Shown here piece after piece: positions 1 to 9,228 of a stretch of 64,000 nucleotides of DNA. The position numbers and the translations under genes are program-made. The notes beneath the pieces were generated by a model that ran no database searches, was not told the DNA's origin, and worked only from the letters and a program-made list of their open reading frames with translations. Source of the stretch: Candidatus Thalassarchaeaceae archaeon. GTDB lineage: Archaea > Thermoplasmatota > Poseidoniia > Poseidoniales > Thalassarchaeaceae. Positions within the stretch are counted from its first letter, which is position 1. Each line of letters begins with the position of its first letter. Location of the stretch: contig JASLKP010000006.1 of the NCBI GenBank assembly GCA_030747485.1, forward strand, positions 608 to 64,607. Reading direction: 5' to 3'.

Positions 1-187
1 GATAAAGGTACTTGTTATTTCCACAATAATCAGTAATTGCTCTCATCATATCAGTAATTTTTGACTTCGTAAGAGAAATCGTATTTGCATCATTATGCTC
101 AATAATCGATAGGATAACTTGCATGTATGCCTCTCTTTTGACCCCAAACCCATATGCATGTCTTCCCACCTTTATTCCTCTCGCCAT
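1..187 (-). CDS. Hypothetical protein, N-terminal part only (runs off the window start)
   Basis: ATG at 187 opens a stop-free frame to the edge: MARGIKVGRHAYGFGVKREAYMQVILSIIEHNDANTISLTKSKITDMMRAITDYCGNNKYLY; absent from the ORF track; AT-rich. Confidence 0.5.
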   Translation of the reverse strand, partial: MARGIKVGRHAYGFGVKREAYMQVILSIIEHNDANTISLTKSKITDMMRAITDYCGNNKYLY

Positions 188-309
188 AGTTGCTCGAACA
201 AGTGGTGATGCTCAAGCATTTCGTAATTGTAAGGGTCTATCCGAATACCCATTGAAACGGATATTGAATTTCAAAGGGCTTTCAGTGCGTCCTTCGATAG
301 GCTACCCCT

Positions 310-930
310 TCACACACAATTCCGTGCAATGATGGCCAACGTCCCTGCCCAATCTTCACGTGGTGAGGCTCTGAACATCCGTAAGATCTCAAAGCCCGCT
401 CCTTCAACCATATCGCGCCATTCAGATTCACTGTGCATGGCCATGCGTACACCGACTTTTTCAGACCAATCGTGGCATGCTTCATTCTCTTGATAGTGAT
501 CTATGCCAAATGCGAAAATACCGTCATCACGTAACCATTTCGAGCGAACCGAATCAAGGAAGCCCGGAATATCGTTGAGATAGTATAGAACCTCCATAGA
601 ATGAACAAGGTCGACCGGTTGGTTGGGCACCCAAGTTTCCAAATCCGCTTCGTAGTATTCTCCAGCAGTATCTATTTCGCGTGCGCGAGCAATCATCGAT
701 TCAGCACCATCTACACCAAACGCTGATTTGCAATCACTTCTAGATGACAGCAGCCGTACAACCCAACCGTTTCCACATCCAGCATCTACTGCATCAAACT
801 CGAAATTTTCATCCATCTGCTCAAATGCAGCTGCCAATATCTCCTGTACTGCTGGAGCGTGACCGCTTTCCATTCCGGCATCTTTCCCCATGTCTGCCCA
901 CTCGGAGAATACATCGGTTGGAGGTCTCAT
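310..930 (-). CDS. Class I SAM-dependent methyltransferase
   Basis: VDAGCGNG motif I, GVDGA motif II, DLVHSMEVLYY; start moved to ATG 930 to avoid overlap with the upstream gene. Confidence 0.85.
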   Translation of the reverse strand: MRPPTDVFSEWADMGKDAGMESGHAPAVQEILAAAFEQMDENFEFDAVDAGCGNGWVVRLLSSRSDCKSAFGVDGAESMIARAREIDTAGEYYEADLETWVPNQPVDLVHSMEVLYYLNDIPGFLDSVRSKWLRDDGIFAFGIDHYQENEACHDWSEKVGVRMAMHSESEWRDMVEGAGFEILRMFRASPREDWAGTLAIIARNCV

Positions 931-976
931 GGTTGTCTGCCTGCAAAGGCACGCTATCGGGTTTCCCTTCGATTGG

Positions 977-2716
977 TCAAACTCGCCTTCGAAGTTTCTC
1001 CATGATTTCATCGGCCTGACCCAAGGAGGAAAGACAGCCCTCAAGTTCACCTTTCTCATGGGCATCAGCCGCAGCAGCAACTGCTTTCTCGCAGGCTGCA
1101 CGCTCTCCATCTATCGCCTTGATTCCACGTGACTCCAATTTCTTCCTTAGCGCAGACCACTCATCCTGCACATAGGTTAGCAATTCATTGGCATCTCCAC
1201 TGGCAGATGCAAGTACATCCAAATCTGAGGTCATTCGATCTAACAGTGTTGCAGCGTGTGACCATGATTTTCGCTTGGAGGCTGCTTCAACTGCTGACAA
1301 TCGCTCTTCCCATTCATCAGCATCTGAGCGACCCTTCCATTGCTTCTTGATGACTTTCTTTTGTCGTAATGCACGTTGGACATCACCCATCGCTTCACGC
1401 TCTTTGCGCACTTCACGAATGATACCATCTGACATCCCTCGTGCAAGGCTAAACTCTCCTGCATCGAGATGGGCTTTAGCCTGACCAAGGCGGTCTTGCC
1501 AAAGTTTGAGGTCGAGGCCCTCGGATTCTTCCATCACCATGGCCGCTTCTTCGTAAGCCTCGTCAGCACCTTCAGAGGCCTGGCCAAGATTAGAGACATG
1601 TTCTGGAATCGCCTCAGCGATTTCCAATGCCAGTAAACAATCCTCATTGGCTAGAGCCTCCTTGGCTTGTCTCAACAAATCGTGTAATTGTTCGTGTTGG
1701 CTACCCTGAAGTTCAGCAATCATCTTGCTTGACTCAGCGATTTGATTCTCAGCAGCCACCCAATTCTCGATGATGTTGATGGCGAGTTTCTTCGCGCGTC
1801 GAAACAATTGTTCTGCCTCGCGTAGACTTCCGAGATTCTGCTCTCGATCACCTTGATCCATACTCCGCTGTGGCTTCTTTGCAGTGGGTGCAATCTCTGT
1901 AGCTTCAGCAACTACGGCTGCACACACATCGCGAATTTCACTGATGTCTTCGGCTAAAGCCAGAGTTCGTTCAACATCTTCTTCTGCCTCTTCTAGTATC
2001 TTGAAACCTAGTTCTGGGTCTTTGTAACCAACATCCGCTGCATTTCGACATAGAGAAGAGGCTTGGTCAAGACCAACGCCTTTGGCCTGTAGTTCCAAAA
2101 TTCGCATTTCAAGGGCATCGAGTGTTTTGCCAAATCGCTTGCGTTCTGCTTTGTCCTCATCACCACTGAACAAATCATATCCCGAAGAGGCAAGGGCCAG
2201 AGTTAGGAATACACCCCCCAAAACCAAACTCTCATCAGCAGGTGGATTCGATAACAAAATGGCGCCACCAATTGTGAATCCTCCAAGTGTCATGATTCCC
2301 CGGAAGCGATGTGCGACCAAACTCCCACGTAACATCTCTCTGGAGCCGTACAAACACACTCCAGCAACAATGAACATCAATCCATGTCCAATCTGAACTG
2401 AACCTGTCGTCGACAATACGTTGACACCTAGAATCGCAAATGCTGGCCAAGCGAGTGAACTACTTGCGCCCAATCTCCCGCGTGCCTGAGGATTGGCATC
2501 TGCTAAATCCTGCAATAGTAGAGCTGCAGCAAGCAATACGCCAACGGCTCCCAATCGATCAAACAAAATCGCATCACCCTCAAGAGCGGGCCACATGTAC
2601 CAGGCAGTGGATGCAATGATGGCAAGAGCACAAATTAGGGCCAACGTAGTCACTCGTTCACGCTGATTTGCAATCTCTGCGTCAATCAACGCAGGTAGTG
2701 AATTCGATGACTCCAT
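977..2716 (-). CDS. Hypothetical membrane protein: about 6 N-terminal TM helices plus a long alpha-helical/coiled-coil C-terminus
   Basis: 579-aa ORF; hydrophobic segments in the first ~185 aa, then A/E/L/R-rich heptad-like sequence. Confidence 0.75.
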   Translation of the reverse strand: MESSNSLPALIDAEIANQRERVTTLALICALAIIASTAWYMWPALEGDAILFDRLGAVGVLLAAALLLQDLADANPQARGRLGASSSLAWPAFAILGVNVLSTTGSVQIGHGLMFIVAGVCLYGSREMLRGSLVAHRFRGIMTLGGFTIGGAILLSNPPADESLVLGGVFLTLALASSGYDLFSGDEDKAERKRFGKTLDALEMRILELQAKGVGLDQASSLCRNAADVGYKDPELGFKILEEAEEDVERTLALAEDISEIRDVCAAVVAEATEIAPTAKKPQRSMDQGDREQNLGSLREAEQLFRRAKKLAINIIENWVAAENQIAESSKMIAELQGSQHEQLHDLLRQAKEALANEDCLLALEIAEAIPEHVSNLGQASEGADEAYEEAAMVMEESEGLDLKLWQDRLGQAKAHLDAGEFSLARGMSDGIIREVRKEREAMGDVQRALRQKKVIKKQWKGRSDADEWEERLSAVEAASKRKSWSHAATLLDRMTSDLDVLASASGDANELLTYVQDEWSALRKKLESRGIKAIDGERAACEKAVAAAADAHEKGELEGCLSSLGQADEIMEKLRRRV

Positions 2717-2730
2717 CGCCTACGGCGATG
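2714..2730. repeat. C-RTA-G triloop palindrome, copy 1 (catcgcc-TAC-ggcgatg)
   Basis: Perfect 7-bp inverted repeat that includes the start codon of the 579-aa gene. Confidence 0.8.
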
Positions 2731-2757
2731 CTCAGCCCCTCTAAGAGTCGTCCGCCT

Positions 2758-5052
2758 TCATGCGTTCTTGTCATCCAGTTCTTGTCGACGTTGCTTTGAA
2801 CCATAATACCAGAGGACTCCAAGGCCAACAATGACTGGCAGTACCAACATGAACCAAAGGAATACCGTCATTTCTGGTTCAATCATAATTCCTGAAGAAT
2901 GTTCGATGACTGTGCCATCTTGAATTTCAAGTCGGATGACAACTTCACCTGAACTCCATTCTTCGACAGGAATGCGATGAGTCATGTTGGCTGGGCCATC
3001 CACTGTAGCTTCTACCCCCACGAGAGTGGCGGTACAGGTTTCCACGTAACAGAGTTGGAATTCAAATTGTCCTTGTCCAGCATTTTCGATGGTGACGTCC
3101 AATGCCCCTGAATCACCAGGTGCTCCATCTCCCACTTTGACAACATCGACAATTGAATAGAGTGGCCCCACTCGAGGCTCAACGACGAATGCTGATGAAT
3201 GCGAACCAATATTTCCGGATGAATCCGTGGCATTCACGACGAGAACATGTCGTCCACTAAGCAATGCAGGCAATTGGAAATGCTCGACTTCGGCCCATGT
3301 TTGGCCAATTTCCAATGGGATTCCATTGAGGGATACCTCCCACGTAAGAGATGTGATTCCATCGATATCATCCCATGATTCTGAGAGGTCAATTTCGACA
3401 TTTTCACCACCCTCAATCGGGTGATTGAGATCACCATAATACTGCCCATTGACATTCAATGCTGGCCTTGGCATTGGAGCAGTACGATCTGTGACTGTCA
3501 CGTCCCACATCTGGATGCTAGGATTACCTGCAGCATCTGTCAAATTCAATTGAAGATGGTATGCTGTCAATGGTTTTGGTTGATGGCGATCTTCAACAGT
3601 TAGATGTTGTCCATTGACTTGAGGGCCCTGATGGAATATGTCATTCCAAGCCATACTATCTGTGGCTGTGTGAATCCAACCAAACGTCTTGTTTGATGTC
3701 CATTCAATGGCAACTGGTGAGAATGATTGGTCTGCGGCTTGAACCGCACCACTGATAATTGAACCAGATGGGATGCTGAATGCATTTTGTCCGTATTCAA
3801 TGTCAATTGGAGACTCATCATCAGGATGTAGATATTGCATATTTAGAATTCGTGTAGGTGGTGTACCATCCATATACAAGTCAACTGAATAATTGGATGT
3901 CAAGCCCTGTGAATCAGTACAGAATACAGTCAAGTTCAACCAAGTGTTTGGAGTTAAACCAAGGAACATTGGATCGATGGGGAGCATTTCTGTAGATTCA
4001 TTTAGTAGAACAGATTCACCCTGTCGAAGGATGAATCGTGAGGTTGGATCAGTAATCGTATTATCGTCACAATGTGCGTACATGTAGGATGGTTGGCCCG
4101 CAGGAAGGTATGGGATTTGACGGCCAGGTGCATCGAAATAAGCGCTAGGAGCAACGTTATTTCCAAGTGCAACTGTCAAATTTCCTGTGACTGAAATATC
4201 ACCTCGATGAATTGTAAAATCATCAGGTACACCTGAGATGAATTCCTCTTGCGGTGAAAATCGAATTTCAAATGGAGAGGGCAATGTGATTCGTAAATCT
4301 GTACGATCTGATAAATCTCCAGTGATGGGGATCCAAAGTAATCGAGTACTACGGCCATCTCCTTGTCCAGTGAGGTTTGATGTAACTGACCATCCCCAAC
4401 TTTCATTGAGTAATGAAGAGGGTAAAATCGGTGTGATGATTGAATTGCTGTTTACCATCTCAGTACGATCATAAATACAGCATCCAATCTCAGTGTTCTG
4501 AATCAACCAATTTGAGAATGCGGTACTATTACCATTGAATTGACTGTCAATTTGAGCCATTATTCCAAGGTGTGAATCTGGCAAATCAGGATGACCCAAA
4601 GTGTTTGGAATACTTGTGGTAGAATTCCATGTTGCATTCATCTCAGTGACTTGTGCTATGGGCCCCAGTATATCGAAATGGGCTACACCTCCAATCGCGA
4701 GGGGGGACTGAATGGTTGTATTCAGGAACGTGGTGACATTGAGATTGTCGTTGAAGGTGATTCGTTCAAGTTGTGGCACCCCTGATATCATGCGCACCAA
4801 TGTCCAATTTCCAGATGGAAGTTGAAGATTTAGAGGTGTGCTGGAATCAACATTTGTCAGAGTACCATTCTCATCGTAGAGAATGACTGCACCAGGTGCA
4901 TTGAGAGATGTCAAATTAATCATACCTGAAACAGTCGTAGAATATTCGAGATGTTGGAGACGATTATCAGTCTCTATTGCAAGTCCCACATTGGAATTGA
5001 ATGGTACCATTGAGGTGAGTAACAATGCGATTACAAGCAGTGCCTTGCGCAT
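2758..5052 (-). CDS. Secreted, membrane-anchored surface protein with Ig/PKD-like beta-sandwich domains
   Basis: Signal peptide MRKALLVIALLL, TDAAGN/TDSSGN Ig-like motifs, many N-x-S/T sequons, C-terminal TM helix. Confidence 0.75.
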   Translation of the reverse strand: MRKALLVIALLLTSMVPFNSNVGLAIETDNRLQHLEYSTTVSGMINLTSLNAPGAVILYDENGTLTNVDSSTPLNLQLPSGNWTLVRMISGVPQLERITFNDNLNVTTFLNTTIQSPLAIGGVAHFDILGPIAQVTEMNATWNSTTSIPNTLGHPDLPDSHLGIMAQIDSQFNGNSTAFSNWLIQNTEIGCCIYDRTEMVNSNSIITPILPSSLLNESWGWSVTSNLTGQGDGRSTRLLWIPITGDLSDRTDLRITLPSPFEIRFSPQEEFISGVPDDFTIHRGDISVTGNLTVALGNNVAPSAYFDAPGRQIPYLPAGQPSYMYAHCDDNTITDPTSRFILRQGESVLLNESTEMLPIDPMFLGLTPNTWLNLTVFCTDSQGLTSNYSVDLYMDGTPPTRILNMQYLHPDDESPIDIEYGQNAFSIPSGSIISGAVQAADQSFSPVAIEWTSNKTFGWIHTATDSMAWNDIFHQGPQVNGQHLTVEDRHQPKPLTAYHLQLNLTDAAGNPSIQMWDVTVTDRTAPMPRPALNVNGQYYGDLNHPIEGGENVEIDLSESWDDIDGITSLTWEVSLNGIPLEIGQTWAEVEHFQLPALLSGRHVLVVNATDSSGNIGSHSSAFVVEPRVGPLYSIVDVVKVGDGAPGDSGALDVTIENAGQGQFEFQLCYVETCTATLVGVEATVDGPANMTHRIPVEEWSSGEVVIRLEIQDGTVIEHSSGIMIEPEMTVFLWFMLVLPVIVGLGVLWYYGSKQRRQELDDKNA

Positions 5053-5061
5053 GATTTCACC

Positions 5062-6054
5062 TCACTGACGTGAACCGTCATCAAAGATGATTGTTGTCCC
5101 AGTTTTATCGATATTCAGTGGAATGATTCGATGAATGGGATCAAGTGACTGCTCAATCTTTTGGCGGACACCTGAAGGGGCATGGAAAAGGAAGAAACCC
5201 CCGCCACCAGCACCAAGCAATTTACCTCCAGTTGCACCCATCTCAATGACTGAATCATACAATGTATCGAGCGTTGCTGCAGTGATGCCATCAACGAGAT
5301 TTCGTTTGATTTCCCAAGAGGCAGCCAATAGATGACCGACAGATTCGTGATCGCCTGATTCCAAAGCATTTCGTACCATCATTGCTTGTTCTCGAAGCGT
5401 ATCTAATTCAGCCCGTCGATCATCACTAGATGCGGACTGACGTGCGAGAATGTCCGTGGCTTTTCGAGTCACACCCGTATAGACAAGGAAGTAAGATTCG
5501 GAAAGTTCGGAAAGTTGAGATTCATCCATTGAAAGAGGATTGACAACGACCTCATCATCTGGCATGAATGCCAGTGAATTGGCTCCACCCAGAGCAGCGG
5601 CCCACTGGTCCTGCCGACCGATTGGTTGTCCCAATATTTCAATTTCAATCTGACAAGCCTGAGAAGCTAATTCTGCAGCTGACATCGTACGTCCAGCATA
5701 GGTGTGTAAAGCATTCAAAAGACCCACGGTGAGACTAGAAGATGAACCCAATCCGGTCCCTCTTGAGGGGATGTCGGCGATGGTTGTAATCTCGATCCCA
5801 GATGTGACTCCAGACATTCTCATCGCCTCTCGAACCAATTCGTGCTCTAAATCCTCAAAATCATCAACAATTTCCGTCCTAGAATAGCCAACACGAATGC
5901 TGTCATCGAAGCGTTTATTGACAGTTACATGAATGTGTTTTGACAGTGCAAAAGAGGTGACTAAGCCCCCATTTTCACTTCCACGGTAGTAGGCAGGGAG
6001 ATCGGTTCCACCACCACAAAATGAGACGCGAACCGGCGTGCGGCTGATAATCAT
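5062..6054 (-). CDS. GHMP-family sugar kinase, HddA-like (D-glycero-D-manno-heptose-7-phosphate kinase-like)
   Basis: TPVRVSFCGGGTD, PSRGTGLGSSSS, GRQDQW, GGKLLGAGGGG motifs. Confidence 0.85.
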   Translation of the reverse strand: MIISRTPVRVSFCGGGTDLPAYYRGSENGGLVTSFALSKHIHVTVNKRFDDSIRVGYSRTEIVDDFEDLEHELVREAMRMSGVTSGIEITTIADIPSRGTGLGSSSSLTVGLLNALHTYAGRTMSAAELASQACQIEIEILGQPIGRQDQWAAALGGANSLAFMPDDEVVVNPLSMDESQLSELSESYFLVYTGVTRKATDILARQSASSDDRRAELDTLREQAMMVRNALESGDHESVGHLLAASWEIKRNLVDGITAATLDTLYDSVIEMGATGGKLLGAGGGGFFLFHAPSGVRQKIEQSLDPIHRIIPLNIDKTGTTIIFDDGSRQ

Positions 6055-6098
6055 CGAATGCGCCGACCCACCGTACCCTCTTCAAGACCTTCGGCTTC

Positions 6099-6115
6099 CG
6101 ATTCCATAGGAATCG
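6099..6115. repeat. C-RTA-G triloop palindrome, copy 2 (cgattcc-ATA-ggaatcg)
   Basis: Perfect 7-bp inverted repeat in the divergent kinase/pyrB promoter region. Confidence 0.8.
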
Positions 6116-6176
6116 CCCTCTGGCACCACCCCAATGAATAAGTCCGAGAGTCGAGCGGCAGATATTGGAGAGGCAG

Positions 6177-7112
6177 ATGAACAAGGACCTCATCACAATG
6201 GATGACCTGACAAACGAAGAGATTTCTTCCCTGCTTGATGATGCAGATCGACTCCTACCTGCAGCCCGCGGAGAAGAGTACCTGCCACTGTTGCAGGGCA
6301 AACTTCTCGCAAACATGTTTTTTGAGCCAAGTACACGTACTCGAATGTCATTTGAAACTGCAATGAAGAGACTTGGTGGTGATGTTGTCAATCTAGGTGA
6401 TGTCAAGTCTAGCAGTGCGGTCAAAGGTGAGACATTGTACGATACAATGCGAATGGTAGATGGATACTGTGACATTGCTGCATTACGCCACCCGAGACAG
6501 GGAGCAGCACAATACGCAGGTGATGCTTGTTCAATTTCCATCATGAACGGAGGAGATGGGGCAGGACACCACCCCACTCAGACTCTACTCGACCTATTCA
6601 CAATCCGTCAGGCGTTTGGACGTCTCGATGGACTCAAGGTCGCAATGGTAGGCGATTTACGGTATGGTCGCACAGTACACAGTTTGTCTCATGCTTTGGC
6701 TAGGTTCGATTGCGAACTCACTTTCATCTCACCTTCACAACTTTCGATGCCTGAGGAAATAATCGAAGACCTAACAGCCAATGGGGCCAAAATCACAGTG
6801 ACTGAAGATTTGTTGGGTGCAATACCCGACGCTGATGTCATTTACATGACTCGAATTCAAAAAGAACGATTCCCTGATGAGGATGAATACACCAAGGTTG
6901 CAGGGATCTACAAGTTATCTGCTGATGATTTGGCAGGCGCCAAAGGTGAGATGATTATCCTGCATCCACTCCCTAGAGTCGATGAAATTCATCCTGATGT
7001 CGATGTAACTAGACACGCCCGCTATTTCGAACAAGCATTCAATGGCGTCGTCGCTCGAATGGCCCTGATGTGCAAACTCCTAGGTGTAGGAATTCCAGGA
7101 GGTGACGATTAA
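6177..7112 (+). CDS. pyrB: Aspartate carbamoyltransferase catalytic subunit
   Basis: FFEPSTRTRMSFE, HPTQTLLD, HPLPRVDEI motifs. Confidence 0.97.
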   Translation: MNKDLITMDDLTNEEISSLLDDADRLLPAARGEEYLPLLQGKLLANMFFEPSTRTRMSFETAMKRLGGDVVNLGDVKSSSAVKGETLYDTMRMVDGYCDIAALRHPRQGAAQYAGDACSISIMNGGDGAGHHPTQTLLDLFTIRQAFGRLDGLKVAMVGDLRYGRTVHSLSHALARFDCELTFISPSQLSMPEEIIEDLTANGAKITVTEDLLGAIPDADVIYMTRIQKERFPDEDEYTKVAGIYKLSADDLAGAKGEMIILHPLPRVDEIHPDVDVTRHARYFEQAFNGVVARMALMCKLLGVGIPGGDD

Positions 7113-7579
7113 TGTCTGAGATGCGACGTGTTACTGCAATCAACAATGGTACTGTAATTGATCACATCCCGGCAGGGGGAGCGATGAATGTGATCCAAAT
7201 GCTAGGACTTGATGGTGGTCGTTCAAGTCCAATCAGCCTCGTCATGAATGTTCCATCATCCAAGCATGGAAGGAAGGACATCATCAAAGTTGAAGATCGT
7301 GAACTGACACAAGATGAATTGGATCGCCTAGCATTGATTGCACCAAACGCGAGTGTTGCCATCATTCGCTCATATGCTGTCGCTGAGAAGAGAGAAGTAT
7401 CACTCGGTGAAGAATTGGTAAACATTGCTCGTTGTACCTTTTCCAATTGTATTACTGTCAACCATCGAGAACCTCAAGACCATCGACTCAAAGTCGTCTC
7501 TGCAAATCCCCTTGAAGTTCGATGTCGATACTGTGGTCGGCCACAGGACATGGATGCTCTTGTGGAAAACTTGCTTTGA
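7112..7579 (+). CDS. pyrI: Aspartate carbamoyltransferase regulatory subunit
   Basis: INNGTVIDHIPAG, KDIIKVE, Zn-binding C-x4-C...C-x2-C; coupled to pyrB. Confidence 0.95.
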   Translation: MSEMRRVTAINNGTVIDHIPAGGAMNVIQMLGLDGGRSSPISLVMNVPSSKHGRKDIIKVEDRELTQDELDRLALIAPNASVAIIRSYAVAEKREVSLGEELVNIARCTFSNCITVNHREPQDHRLKVVSANPLEVRCRYCGRPQDMDALVENLL

Positions 7580-8593
7580 TCAGACTACTTCTGCTAGCCA
7601 TGACTTGAATTGACAAGCCTGGCAAATGGTTTGACTTGCAGGCTCGCCACATTCACTACATGATTGAATTTGTCCTTGTTTCCAAGATTCTGGTGGTTTT
7701 TCAGATGAGGCCCATAGTGCACGTATTGCATCCATTGAATGTAATAATCCGTGCATTGTACCTGGATTCATCGCTTCCATCTCGGCAATATGTCCTCGAT
7801 GTTTCTGCCGTAGGGCACCTGGGGCATGTGGACAATCATCATGATGAATTGGTAATCCTGCACCGATGGCATAAGCGTGAATCTCACGCTCTGGTACCCA
7901 ACGCAATGGCACGATTCGAGGCGTTAACTCATCTAGTTGCACATCGGTATGTGGAGCCAGTCTGATGATTCTCTCCATCTCTCCTTTTTGGAGATTCATG
8001 AGAATAGATTGAGCTGTATCATCTAGGTTGTGACCCAATGCCATCCAACGTGCACCAATACGTTCAGCAAGTGCATTTAACCCCTGACGACGAAATACAC
8101 CACAATATGAACAAGGTTTCATTCCCTTGGCTTCAGAGTGATTTTCACCCATCAAAGGCATTGCATTCACAACTGCATCCATCTTCTCAAATCCTAGTTC
8201 TGGATAAGCAATCGTCTCAAAGCGTAAACCGTGAGACTCAGCCAATTCACGGGCACATTCCATAGATGGTGATCGATATCCCTCTATTCCCTCATCGACA
8301 CAACCACAGACGAGTTCAACATCACGACGTGCACCGATGATATTCACCATCATGTCAAGAAGAACTGCAGAATCTTTACCTCCAGATATACAAACCAGAA
8401 TAACCGATGGATTTCCATCCTCATCGTTAGCATTACTTGGTAACACGAGTTGTCGGCGTAGCGCCTTCGAAACTCTTCTTCGGATTGATTTTGAGAGGTG
8501 ATGATGACATAGGTGTTGACCACTGTAAATTTGGTGAATGACTGCCAGATGATCACATCGGCTGCAAGTCTGAACCGATATGGCCCCAGTCAT
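7580..8593 (-). CDS. ttuA: tRNA 2-thiolation protein, TtuA/Ncs6 (TIGR00269) family
   Basis: N- and C-terminal Zn fingers, PP-loop SGGKDS, CSYCGVFRR, GHNLDD. Confidence 0.88.
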   Translation of the reverse strand: MTGAISVQTCSRCDHLAVIHQIYSGQHLCHHHLSKSIRRRVSKALRRQLVLPSNANDEDGNPSVILVCISGGKDSAVLLDMMVNIIGARRDVELVCGCVDEGIEGYRSPSMECARELAESHGLRFETIAYPELGFEKMDAVVNAMPLMGENHSEAKGMKPCSYCGVFRRQGLNALAERIGARWMALGHNLDDTAQSILMNLQKGEMERIIRLAPHTDVQLDELTPRIVPLRWVPEREIHAYAIGAGLPIHHDDCPHAPGALRQKHRGHIAEMEAMNPGTMHGLLHSMDAIRALWASSEKPPESWKQGQIQSCSECGEPASQTICQACQFKSWLAEVV

Positions 8594-8638
8594 ATGGGGC
8601 GCGAAGTGATACACCCCTTCAAATCGACCACTCAAACT

Positions 8639-8688
8639 TGGAAAAATATCCAATTGAAGTTTTCATTTTTCAATTGGATATTTTTCCA
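8639..8688. repeat. Perfect 20-bp AT-rich inverted repeat with a 10-nt spacer
   Basis: tggaaaaatatccaattgaa (8639-8658) / ttcaattggatatttttcca (8669-8688). Confidence 0.9.
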
Positions 8689-8884
8689 TTATTGAATTAA
8701 TTCCAAATGATCAGGATTAATCAATCAGAATGAATGAAAAAACGAAAAATTCACCCCTAATGTACTCAAATTCGTCATTTTTCAGTTGGCGATTTAATTT
8801 TACCATGTAAACGGCCCCCTAAGGGGCCGGTCTAGGACAAGTTCTTGAAGTCGGATTCTGCCTCGATGAAGTTTGAGGGGTCCT

Positions 8885-9226
8885 ATGCTCGTTCGATTAC
8901 TCTCTAATCTAAGCCAGATTGATGGCGTAAATGGAGCATCGGTATTACATAGCGACGGTACAGCTGTTGCTATCACTGGTGAAGGGCCACCAGTTGGTGC
9001 ACTCTATGCAGAATTATTGCACGATGCAGCCCGCATGGCAACAACACTTGATCTTGGAACCATCCAACAATTGTGGTTGGAATCCGCCGACAAACGACGC
9101 GTTGTCAGTACTCTTCGAGGAGGAGGTAGCCTATGGGTTGCTTCCTCAATAGCCACGCCGATTGGGAGATTACGCCATGAAGCACAGACCCTGAAACCCG
9201 TAATCGAAGATTTAATTGAGGTGTAA
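8885..9226 (+). CDS. Roadblock/LC7 (MglB-like) domain protein
   Basis: LSNLSQIDGVNGASVLHSDG...LGTIQQLWLE...PIGRLRHEA pattern and ~113-aa size. Confidence 0.8.
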   Translation: MLVRLLSNLSQIDGVNGASVLHSDGTAVAITGEGPPVGALYAELLHDAARMATTLDLGTIQQLWLESADKRRVVSTLRGGGSLWVASSIATPIGRLRHEAQTLKPVIEDLIEV

Positions 9227-9228
9227 GA

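Noticed and set aside
931-1110. N-terminal extension of the methyltransferase ORF
   Set aside because: Overlaps the 3' end of the upstream gene; ATG 930 gives a normal-sized enzyme
5975-6577. 200-aa minus-strand ORF
   Set aside because: Overlaps pyrB antisense and the kinase start; no recognisable family
7806-7817. Other CCGTAGG/CCTATGG cores inside CDSs (for example near 7808, 34852, 38819)
   Set aside because: Pairing does not extend beyond 2-3 bp around the triloop, so they were not counted in the palindrome family
8594-8884. Replication origin
   Set aside because: No ORB-like G-string boxes and no adjacent cdc6/orc1 gene; kept only as an unexplained repeat
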